From the NCBI GenBank assembly GCA_963665665.1, contig OY762428.1:4000001-4064000 (forward strand): a DNA stretch of 64,000 nt. Reading direction: 5' to 3'. The notes beneath the pieces were generated by a model. It was not told where the DNA came from and did not search any database. It saw only the letters and a program-made list of their open reading frames with translations. Every line of letters begins with the position of its first letter. Positions within the stretch are counted from its first letter, which is position 1. This document shows positions 1-8,389 of the stretch, piece by piece. This DNA comes from Candidatus Kapaibacterium sp. (GTDB taxonomy: Bacteria > Bacteroidota > Ignavibacteria > Kapaibacteriales > UBA2268). The position numbers were made by a program, and so were the translations under genes.

Positions 1-1038
1 AATATATTTTTCTTCAATATCTCCTTCAGGGCTAAGTATTACAATCATAAAATATTTTTTATAACCATCATCGATATCTTCGATTCTGCCAAATCCTACA
101 ATTTTATTATTCTTTAATTGTTTTACACCCTGTATTGACCACCTTTTGCCAATATCATATTGTCTGTTAAAAACAATATCATCGTTTTTATCCAGTTTTA
201 GCAATAACCACTTTTTATCTCCTGTTTCTGGCTTTGTATAACAATTAATTAACTCTACTCCGTTTGATAAATATAAATAGCTATTATACGAGAAGCTTCC
301 TGCCTCCGGATCAATTTTTTTCCCGGAAATATAATTCCCATCACTATCAAATATTGTCCTTACTAAATATGTCTGTTTTCCATATTCAACGTTACTTGGC
401 CCTTTATAATCCATCCTAAACTTCTCATTATGTATAGTTTTCAAGTTGCCAGGTTGGATTTCTGTTAAAGCATCAATATCTATTTGCTCCCTATGAAGGA
501 CAAAGGAATTAATTTTATCCATCCTTAAATTATAGCATGTAAAAACAGTAGTATCTTTAACAAAAGTATGCAGAGCATATAGGATTTTATCTCCCTGTGG
601 ATAAAATTGAGCATTAAAATACATATCTTTTTCAGGAAATTCCTCAATTTGATTCCCCTTTTCATCAAGTATTTTCTTTTTTATATAATAACTTGAATAT
701 TTTGAATTTTTCTGCGTGTAGTAAACAATCGAATCGTTTTCCTTTCGGACTCTGTCCTGGTAAAACTTATCGCTTCCCTTAAAAATTTTATGATAGTAAA
801 TATCAAATTCTTTTGAGCATGAGATTATTCCGGCGCCCTGGAGATTATCATTACCGCTGATGTAAGACGCGGTATATATTAAATATAAATTCCCGTCAAT
901 TTCATACATTTCCGGTTCCCAGGGTTTTTCATGTCCTGGCGCTTCAATAAACATTTCATTAATAATATCTGGTTCCTCGGCAAAAATATTAATAGCGCTT
1001 AAGGATAATAATAGTAAAGCAAGTCCGAATGTTTTCAT
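1..1038 (-). CDS. Secreted protein, paralog of 1120..2544 (3' end runs off the window; probably T9SS cargo)
   Basis: Manual translation from ATG 1038 (GGGAG RBS): MKTFGLALLLLSLSAINIFAEEPDIINEMFIE...ILSPEGDIEEKYI. Open to position 1 and colinear with the 474-aa neighbour. Confidence 0.85.
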   Translation of the reverse strand, partial: MKTFGLALLLLSLSAINIFAEEPDIINEMFIEAPGHEKPWEPEMYEIDGNLYLIYTASYISGNDNLQGAGIISCSKEFDIYYHKIFKGSDKFYQDRVRKENDSIVYYTQKNSKYSSYYIKKKILDEKGNQIEEFPEKDMYFNAQFYPQGDKILYALHTFVKDTTVFTCYNLRMDKINSFVLHREQIDIDALTEIQPGNLKTIHNEKFRMDYKGPSNVEYGKQTYLVRTIFDSDGNYISGKKIDPEAGSFSYNSYLYLSNGVELINCYTKPETGDKKWLLLKLDKNDDIVFNRQYDIGKRWSIQGVKQLKNNKIVGFGRIEDIDDGYKKYFMIVILSPEGDIEEKYI

Positions 1039-1108
1039 TTCATCTCCCGGGGTATGTGTTTGAATTTATTAAAATTACCCATCCGGCTGCTTAAAGCCGC
1101 CGGATGAG
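1039..1108 (-). promoter_or_regulatory. Duplicated intergenic leader with 27-nt hairpin, copy 1
   Basis: Near-identical to 2545-2615; hairpin at 1080-1106. Confidence 0.6.
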
Positions 1109-1119
1109 CTGCTGAATAT

Positions 1120-2544
1120 CTATCTTTCAATCCTGAAGCGCAGGATTCTTATATTGTTTTCGAGTTCTATGTGCAGGAAGTATGTACCCGAGCTAAGGCT
1201 GCCAGTGGCTATTCCGGCAGACAAATTCCCGATGCTGCCTTCGAGAGCTTTTTTGCCGTTAATATCACTGATACTGTAATTTACAGCCGGGCCTGTTTTC
1301 TCGGTTTCAAAATTCAAAAATATTCTGTTACGTGCCGGGTTGGGGTATATGAATGCCGACTGCAATTCCTTTTGCTCCACCGATACATATTTGGGTGCAA
1401 TTTCTGCAAGGTACAGATGCCTGAAATCATTCACGCCGTAAACAATCAGGTTGCCGTTGTCCTTTTCTGCAACCCCGCCAAGGTAGTTCTCGCTGTCCCT
1501 TGCCCAAATATATTTTTCTTCAATATCTCCTTCAGGGCTAAGTATTATAAGCATGAAATACATTTTATAATGGTTGGCAACATCCTTTATCCTGCCCCAT
1601 GCTGCAATTTTCCCGTTTTTTAATTCTTTAATGCCTCTTACCGACCAATTTTCTCCTAACTCATGTAATTTCTTTATTAAAATATTTCCTTCCTTATCCA
1701 ATTTTAAAAGCAACCATTGTTGATTGCCGTTTTCCGGCTTTGTACGGCAATTATAATATTCAGTTCCGTCTTTATTTTCAATTACATTATAGTATGAGTA
1801 GTAACCAACTCTCGGATCAATTTTTTTTCCTGATATATAATTTCCTTCCGAATCAAAAATTGTTCGTACAAAATATGATTGCTTAGCAAATTCCATATCG
1901 CCAGGCCCGGCATAGTCCATTTGATAATTTCCGTATGAAAGCGCTTTCAAGTTTCCGGGCTGAAATATTGTTAATACATCCATGTCAATTTGTTCCTTAT
2001 GCAGGACAAAAGAATTAATTGTATCCATCCTTAAGTTATAGCATGTAAAAACAGTAGTATCTTTAACAAAAGTATGCAGAGCATATAGAATTGTATCTCC
2101 TTGTGGATAATATTGAGCATTCAAATACATATCTTTCTCAGGATATTCCTCAAAAACATTTCCATTTCCGTCAAGTTTCTTCTTTTTTAAATAATAGCTT
2201 GAATAAATCGGGTTTTTCCGGGTATAAAATATTATCGCATTGTTTTCTTTTCGAACCCGGTCTGCCCAATCTTTAAAATCTTCTTTAAAATACTTATGGT
2301 AAATTATTTCCATGTTTAAATTACAAGCTATAATCCCTGGATTTACTTTTTGTTCATTGTTTTCTGTATAAGAGGCTGAATAAATTAAATAAAGCATGCC
2401 ATCAATTTCGTACATATCGGGTATGGCCGGGGCGTACCCGTTAGGTTGTTCAATAAACATTTCATTAATAATTTCGGGTTCCTCGGCGTAAATATTAATA
2501 ACGCTTATGGATAATAATAGTAAAGCAAGTACGAATGTTTTCAT
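1120..2544 (-). CDS. T9SS type A sorting domain-containing secreted protein (beta-rich)
   Basis: Signal peptide; C-terminal IYPNPA...LSSGTYFLHIE...RFRIER motif. Confidence 0.85.
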   Translation of the reverse strand: MKTFVLALLLLSISVINIYAEEPEIINEMFIEQPNGYAPAIPDMYEIDGMLYLIYSASYTENNEQKVNPGIIACNLNMEIIYHKYFKEDFKDWADRVRKENNAIIFYTRKNPIYSSYYLKKKKLDGNGNVFEEYPEKDMYLNAQYYPQGDTILYALHTFVKDTTVFTCYNLRMDTINSFVLHKEQIDMDVLTIFQPGNLKALSYGNYQMDYAGPGDMEFAKQSYFVRTIFDSEGNYISGKKIDPRVGYYSYYNVIENKDGTEYYNCRTKPENGNQQWLLLKLDKEGNILIKKLHELGENWSVRGIKELKNGKIAAWGRIKDVANHYKMYFMLIILSPEGDIEEKYIWARDSENYLGGVAEKDNGNLIVYGVNDFRHLYLAEIAPKYVSVEQKELQSAFIYPNPARNRIFLNFETEKTGPAVNYSISDINGKKALEGSIGNLSAGIATGSLSSGTYFLHIELENNIRILRFRIER

Positions 2545-2615
2545 TTCATCTCCCGGGGTATGTGTTTTGATTTATTAAAAATTACCCATCCGATGACTTT
2601 AAGTCATCGGATGAG
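2545..2615 (-). promoter_or_regulatory. Duplicated intergenic leader with 27-nt hairpin, copy 2
   Basis: Perfect inverted repeat catccgatgactt-t-aagtcatcggatg at 2587-2613. Confidence 0.6.
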
Positions 2616-2628
2616 TCTTTTAAATTTA

Positions 2629-3225
2629 TTAATTGCTTAATTTAACAAATTGTGATTTTAATGATTTGCCGTCGCTGGTGTGAACTATTATATAATAAAC
2701 TCCGCTTTGCAAACCGCCAATATTTATTCTTTCCCGAATGTTGTTCGTTCCTGATTTGAATAATGCCATGCCCCCGGTTTCGCTGAAAATACTGATATTA
2801 TTTACCCGGCTTATATTGCCGGGAATTTTTAGCACGATAAAATCCGAAGCCGGGTTTGGAAAGGCCTCAATGCCTGCGGAATTGTTGCCGGGCAATAATT
2901 CAATAATCCAGTTCCGTCCGCCGTCGTCGCTCCTGTAAACAAGGCAGGATTCTGCGTCCTTTTTAAAAACAGGTTTTTGGGTTATTTGAGTAATTTTATT
3001 CCAGTTCCGCCCGGAATCGGTTGAATAGAAATCAGAGCCGTTTTGTTTCTTCCATATTGTCTCGCCAAAATCAGCGCTGCCGGGCCGGTAAAACACTACT
3101 TTCCTGCACAATTTACCTTCGTGCTGCGAACTGCTGATTTCATAAGGCAGGCCTGAAAAAACGGGAGAAGCCCCGATAACAAGCAGCAGCGAAAGCAAAG
3201 TGATTTTTTTAATTGCTATTTTCAT
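2629..3225 (-). CDS. Small T9SS-sorted protein with two BNR/Asp-box repeats
   Basis: Signal peptide; STDSGRNW and SDDGGRNW; C-terminal AFPNPA...LQSGVYYIIV...FVK. Confidence 0.8.
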   Translation of the reverse strand: MKIAIKKITLLSLLLVIGASPVFSGLPYEISSSQHEGKLCRKVVFYRPGSADFGETIWKKQNGSDFYSTDSGRNWNKITQITQKPVFKKDAESCLVYRSDDGGRNWIIELLPGNNSAGIEAFPNPASDFIVLKIPGNISRVNNISIFSETGGMALFKSGTNNIRERINIGGLQSGVYYIIVHTSDGKSLKSQFVKLSN

Positions 3226-3237
3226 TTTATTCTCCGT

Positions 3238-4053
3238 TTATTCTTCAGGGCAAATTATTTCGCAGGGATCAAGGTATCTTTCTTCCCAGTATCCCGTGGG
3301 AGTACTTGAACCGGTACATTTATCATAGGGAGGAGTTGAATTTTCACAACTTGCTGAACTTGTTGACGATTCTGACTCCATGTAAACCTGTCCGTTGCAC
3401 ATACAGAAATACCTTGTTTGCGTACAACAGCCTTGGTTTGGCCCGTCGCAAGGCAAAGGGCATACAATCATTCTTGTTTCGTTATTTCTTGTAAACGTGC
3501 CGTGGCACAATGCCTGGCAGGCAGGCGACGAATAGAATACTTCGTAATTTTTACAATAGGGAAAGGTACAATTAGGAGGCGTTCCGCTGCAATCATAATC
3601 TGGTTTTCTTGAAGGGGCAAGCCCCGCGTAAAAATCTTCGAAAAAATCATAGGAAAGCTGGTCCATAAGGTTTGTTTTCATTACTTCAAAATTCCAGGGG
3701 CTCATGTAGGAAAAATCATCGGCATAATAGCCCGGGAAAAGGTAAGAAAGCAATCCCTGGCAAATTGTAGTATCCCAGTCCCATGAAAAAGAAATAGGTT
3801 TAAGTTGGACAATCGTTTTTGTACAGCCTCCTTCGGTATATGTACATTCGCGAAACTTGTATTTTATTGTTATCGGGCAGGTATAGCCCTGGTAGTAATA
3901 CGGGCTACTTTCAGTTTCTACAGACCAATCAAGACAATCAGCTCCTGAAGGTAAATTAGTTTCATAGCAGTCAATAGACTGTGCATTAGCGGAAATAAAA
4001 GAAACAACTATTGCTAATAATATAGCCGCTACCGGCGATTTTATCTTTTTCAT
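3238..4053 (-). CDS. Cysteine-rich secreted protein (21 Cys)
   Basis: Likely start MKKIKS at 4053 with signal peptide ending ANA-Q; the ORF track extends it to 4095. Confidence 0.8.
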   Translation of the reverse strand: MKKIKSPVAAILLAIVVSFISANAQSIDCYETNLPSGADCLDWSVETESSPYYYQGYTCPITIKYKFRECTYTEGGCTKTIVQLKPISFSWDWDTTICQGLLSYLFPGYYADDFSYMSPWNFEVMKTNLMDQLSYDFFEDFYAGLAPSRKPDYDCSGTPPNCTFPYCKNYEVFYSSPACQALCHGTFTRNNETRMIVCPLPCDGPNQGCCTQTRYFCMCNGQVYMESESSTSSASCENSTPPYDKCTGSSTPTGYWEERYLDPCEIICPEE

Positions 4054-4820
4054 AAAATATTTCTCTGTAAGAATATAAAATGTTATTTTTGACAATAGAA
4101 TATATAATATATTCTATAAGCGTTAAAATATACCAATCTTTGCGCGGGCGATTTACCATGGTGGCACGCGCTACAGGGCCGATAAAAAAATATTTTTTTA
4201 TCGGCTTCTATTTTTCCGATTTTTCTTATGGCGATCTTATCATAAACCCTCCAACTAAATAGCGTATCATTGAAAACAATTTTTCAAATGCGGCGGGGCA
4301 GTTTTTCCTGTTCCACCTTGTTTTATTATTAAGCTTAAATTAATTTAATAATAATTTGCAAGAAATCCAAAAAAATATTTGTATATTGTGGAAATATTCT
4401 AACTATATATATATATATAATTTGCTTGTTGGCGGCCAACAATATTACCATACAGAAATAAAGACGTATTTGCGGAAACTATGCGGGCATTTTAGTTTCC
4501 GCATTACTCATCCGGTGGGTAGAAACAATATATAGAGAACTATTATTCAATAAAATTGATTGTTGGAGAACGGATTGCCTGCGACATTTTTGTAGAAAGG
4601 CTTCCTATAATTCTTAATTTTCAATAAGGAAATTCCCGCCTTTAGGGCATCCCTTATTATTGAGGAGTGAAAGGTGGGGGGGAAGCGGGAGAAACAATTT
4701 TGATACGAAAGTTGTGAAATATTTCTGTTTCTGTAACATTTAATCGCAAATGATAATAATTTCTTCATCCCAAGCCTTTTATCTTTTATAAATATTTGCT
4801 TATTTTTCGTTTTTTGAAAT

Positions 4821-6944
4821 ATGGTTAAAAGAAAAATGAGTAATAGTAAAATCAATCAAAATGAATTGCCCGTATGGCTGGCAATTATTCCAATTTTGCT
4901 TACAGTTGCCCTTTTGGCGGTACAATTGATCGTTTTCAGGAGTTTCGACCCGCAGGCTCCGCTTTTGTTCGGTATAATGTTTTCTGCTCTTGTTGGAATC
5001 TCCAGGGGGTGGAAATGGCAGGACATGGAGAAGGGAATGTTCAATATCATTGTTATTTCCCTGCCGGCAATTGCTATACTTTTATTAATAGGTGTACTGA
5101 TAGGTTCGTGGGTTGCTTCGGGAACAGTACCCTTTCTGGTGTATTACGGACTGGAATTGCTTTCTCCGGAAATTTTTCTTGCCAGCGGTTTTGTGCTTTG
5201 TGCAATTATGTCCCTGGCGCTCGGTACTTCCTGGGGAACAATAGGAACGCTTGGTATTGTGATAGCAGGAATAGGCGAAACAATGGGCTTTCCTTTATGG
5301 CTTTCCACGGCCGCAGTTGTAAGCGGTGCATTCTTTGGAGATAAAATGTCACCTATATCTGATACCACTAATCTTGCACCTGCAATAACCGGTACAAAAG
5401 TTTACGATCATGTGCGCAATATGGTTCCCACAACAGTCCCGGCCATGATGGCAGGGCTTGTAGTTTACCTGATAATCGGTTTTTCCTATGATATTCCGGA
5501 GATGGACCATAGCAAAGTGGATCAGTTGTTAACAGTTATTGATTCAGGATTTGATCTTAATTTCCTGACACTGTTACCGCCAATTATTATTGTTATCCTG
5601 GCTTTGAGCGGCGTATCGGCTATCCCGGCAATGTTCGGAGGGGTATTCGCGGGATTAGTAATTGCTGTGGCAGTTCAGGGCCACTCGGTCGGGGAGATAT
5701 TTGAAATCATTCGTTCCGGCTACCATATTAAAACCGGGCTTCCTTCGGCAGATAACCTGTTTAACAGGGGTGGTATCGTATCAATGAGCGATACCATGTC
5801 TATAGTTTTCTTTGCCCTGACTTTTGGCGGTATTCTTGAAAGGATTGGCGTTTTTGATGCAATATTGAAACATCTACTGAAAAGGATAAAAAAATTCTGG
5901 CAGTTGCAGGTCAGCGCTATCAGCGGTACCATTATGATGATACTCGGAACGGGTGATTCATATCTGCCAATGGCTTTTATCGGAAGATTATTTTCCAAGG
6001 CTTATGATAAATTCGGGTATTCGCGCCTGAACCTTTCCAGGGCCATTGAGGAAGGCGGAACCCTTATGACGCCGCTGATTCCCTGGAGTGCCAGTGGTAT
6101 TTTTGTTAGTACAACACTCGGCCTTGGAATCACAGAAGGCAATGTTGAGAACCTGCTTTATATTCCCTTGTCTATTGGTTGCTGGCTTTCCCCGATATTG
6201 GGTATAATATTCCCGATAATGGGTTGGTTCTCGAAAAAGGCAACTCCTGAAGAAATTAAAGCTTATTCCGGAGCGGATTCTGATTCTGCAAATATAAGCC
6301 AGCCATTCAAATCATTCCTGAAATGGTATAACCCACCGGTAAATGCTTATGTATCAACACCGGAAATAGCTTTGAAAAATGATATTTCTGATGTTGAAAT
6401 ACCGCTGAAGGAAGTTCTGGAGCACGGGAATATGGGTTTTGCCCATTCCGGGAACAACCTGGTACTTATCAATAATAATATATCATATATTGTTAATGAT
6501 GATATGAACGTAAGTCCTGTTGATGGGAATGTAAACCTTCATGCTGTTAACCTTACTCATTTTTCAAAAGATTATGACGAGACAGTTGAAACTTCTGACG
6601 GGTCTGAAATAAATAAAATTATTCCTGCTGTTCTTCCTTCGCAAAATATGATCTATGGTTTTAATGCTGATGCTGTATTTAAAGCGTTAACATTAAAGAA
6701 CGGAGGCCAATCTGTTGTAATTGAAAATACTTATGGCCGTGTATTTGGATTCTATTATCCTGATTTTATGAAGAACATTGCCGGCGGCCTGAAATTATTC
6801 TATATTGACAGTAAGCGTGAAAAAGGCGGCATGATAGAAAGCGGCTTGATGACAAAACTTGAACTGGAAATAAGCCAGATACCAAAACTTAATGCCGGCC
6901 TTCCGGTAACTGTGAACTTCCTTACAGCTGATCTTGAAGGGTAG
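4821..6944 (+). CDS. nhaC: NhaC-family Na+/H+ antiporter or amino-acid transporter with C-terminal acetolactate-decarboxylase-like domain
   Basis: GTSWGT, GAFFGDKMSPISDTTNLA and LSRAIEEGGT NhaC motifs; ~200-aa soluble C-terminal extension. Confidence 0.85.
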   Translation: MVKRKMSNSKINQNELPVWLAIIPILLTVALLAVQLIVFRSFDPQAPLLFGIMFSALVGISRGWKWQDMEKGMFNIIVISLPAIAILLLIGVLIGSWVASGTVPFLVYYGLELLSPEIFLASGFVLCAIMSLALGTSWGTIGTLGIVIAGIGETMGFPLWLSTAAVVSGAFFGDKMSPISDTTNLAPAITGTKVYDHVRNMVPTTVPAMMAGLVVYLIIGFSYDIPEMDHSKVDQLLTVIDSGFDLNFLTLLPPIIIVILALSGVSAIPAMFGGVFAGLVIAVAVQGHSVGEIFEIIRSGYHIKTGLPSADNLFNRGGIVSMSDTMSIVFFALTFGGILERIGVFDAILKHLLKRIKKFWQLQVSAISGTIMMILGTGDSYLPMAFIGRLFSKAYDKFGYSRLNLSRAIEEGGTLMTPLIPWSASGIFVSTTLGLGITEGNVENLLYIPLSIGCWLSPILGIIFPIMGWFSKKATPEEIKAYSGADSDSANISQPFKSFLKWYNPPVNAYVSTPEIALKNDISDVEIPLKEVLEHGNMGFAHSGNNLVLINNNISYIVNDDMNVSPVDGNVNLHAVNLTHFSKDYDETVETSDGSEINKIIPAVLPSQNMIYGFNADAVFKALTLKNGGQSVVIENTYGRVFGFYYPDFMKNIAGGLKLFYIDSKREKGGMIESGLMTKLELEISQIPKLNAGLPVTVNFLTADLEG

Positions 6945-6999
6945 GGGGGATAATCAAGTTTCCTGGGGACAATGGAATTGCTCCGAAAGCTGGAAACTA

Positions 7000-7069
7000 A
7001 GTCATTCTGTACGCAGCAAAGAATCCTAATCTACTATGAACAATGGGTTTTTTACCGTACAGAATGACT
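7000..7069. repeat. REP/MITE-like element with 14-bp terminal inverted repeats
   Basis: agtcattctgtacg (7000-7013) and cgtacagaatgact (7056-7069), between convergent genes. Confidence 0.6.
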
Positions 7070-7105
7070 AAACCAATAAATTCAGAATTAAAAAAGTTAT
7101 GGCCA

Positions 7106-7681
7106 TTATTTTTTGGGAAAATTTATTACAGCTGTTTTTGAAAGCGAATCATGAAAACCATCCTGAAAAAACAGGAAAGAAAAATTTTCAAAAGGAATTA
7201 ATCTACAGAGTGTTCTGCCTATTATCCTTGCAATTCCCGGAACATCGCCATTGTAATCCACAACTTTTGTTCCGGTAAGAAATTTTCCGACAGTCCTCTG
7301 GAATTTATTTTCCATAATGCCGTAATATAAAACAAATATTAACGGATAAATAATCAGATCAAGTATAGCCATACCATTTTTCAAGCCAAATAATAATTCC
7401 AGCCCCATTGTAATTACAATAGCAATTGAAATTATTATTATCATATCAACTACCATGTGGATGAATCTTTTGAATTTTCCGGCTTCGTCAAGTTCAATTT
7501 CATCTTCAACATCGTCGGTTCTATCAGCCAAAGGATATGAAATATCAATACCCCTCGACCGAAGTTCATTTATAGCTGTTTCGATGAACTCCTCAGGGTA
7601 ATTATGCCGGTCTTTATTCACAATATAAAGAAGTTCGCTATCGTTTTTTCTCGAAACAGAGTTTATTATATCCGAATTCAT
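7106..7681 (-). CDS. RDD family membrane protein
   Basis: KRFIHMVVD, RTVGKFLTGTKVV, RTLCRLIPFE and FHDSLSKT motifs. Confidence 0.9.
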   Translation of the reverse strand: MNSDIINSVSRKNDSELLYIVNKDRHNYPEEFIETAINELRSRGIDISYPLADRTDDVEDEIELDEAGKFKRFIHMVVDMIIIISIAIVITMGLELLFGLKNGMAILDLIIYPLIFVLYYGIMENKFQRTVGKFLTGTKVVDYNGDVPGIARIIGRTLCRLIPFENFSFLFFQDGFHDSLSKTAVINFPKK

Positions 7682-7734
7682 ATTATGCTCCTGCTTAATG
7701 ATTTAATAACTTGTGAGTAAATTTATAAGATAAA

Positions 7735-8388
7735 TCAACTAATCAATTTTTCAACAATTCTATAGACCTGAGAACCAAGTTCTTTTGGAATAATATCTTT
7801 GGTGTTATCATGTTCCTTACCCTGGCCAATAGCAAAATCTACCCTATCCATAAATCTTTTTGGTTTGGGATTATTCTTATTCCAACCTCCCGGAATCAGC
7901 GTTTGCAGGTATTTGTCAATATATTTTTTCCTGCCGCCGGGAACTTTTTTATTTTCAAGTAATTTCCTCCTAACTTCTGGGCTTAAACAGTTAATATCAA
8001 CAAAATGCATTGCAATCCAAATTTCAAAACAGGGATTACTGATTGCAGGAAAAAAATTTCCTTCTTCATTACACATCAGAACAATTTTATTAAGATTTTT
8101 CCATCTATCAACATCTACGATCATCCAAAATTCATCAGAAGGATATAAATGATACTTTTCCTTAATTTCATCTTTTAAAAGATTGAAAACATGAATTGGA
8201 GCGCTCCTTGTATCATCCTTTCCTCTTTTAATAATATGAATATGAATATTCGACGGAATCATTTTGTTATCAATTAATTCCCTGAAATACTTCTCTTCCG
8301 TAATATTCCCTTCGAAAGTCAGAATATATATTTTTTCCGGTTCGATGATATCAGAATCTCTGTATAAATGTGATCTTTCCCGTGCCAT
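7735..8388 (-). CDS. rloB: RloB family protein
   Basis: FEGNITEEKYF, WMIVDVD and ISNPCFEIWIAMHF motifs; directly downstream of an AAA ATPase. Confidence 0.9.
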   Translation of the reverse strand: MARERSHLYRDSDIIEPEKIYILTFEGNITEEKYFRELIDNKMIPSNIHIHIIKRGKDDTRSAPIHVFNLLKDEIKEKYHLYPSDEFWMIVDVDRWKNLNKIVLMCNEEGNFFPAISNPCFEIWIAMHFVDINCLSPEVRRKLLENKKVPGGRKKYIDKYLQTLIPGGWNKNNPKPKRFMDRVDFAIGQGKEHDNTKDIIPKELGSQVYRIVEKLIS

Positions 8389-8389
8389 A

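Noticed and set aside
1-2544. Diversity-generating retroelement TR/VR pair
   Set aside because: Differences are not adenine-specific, both copies are full genes, and there is no reverse transcriptase in the window.
4405-4419. (TA)n microsatellite as a phase-variation switch
   Set aside because: It is short, lies in very AT-rich intergenic DNA and has no clear promoter link.
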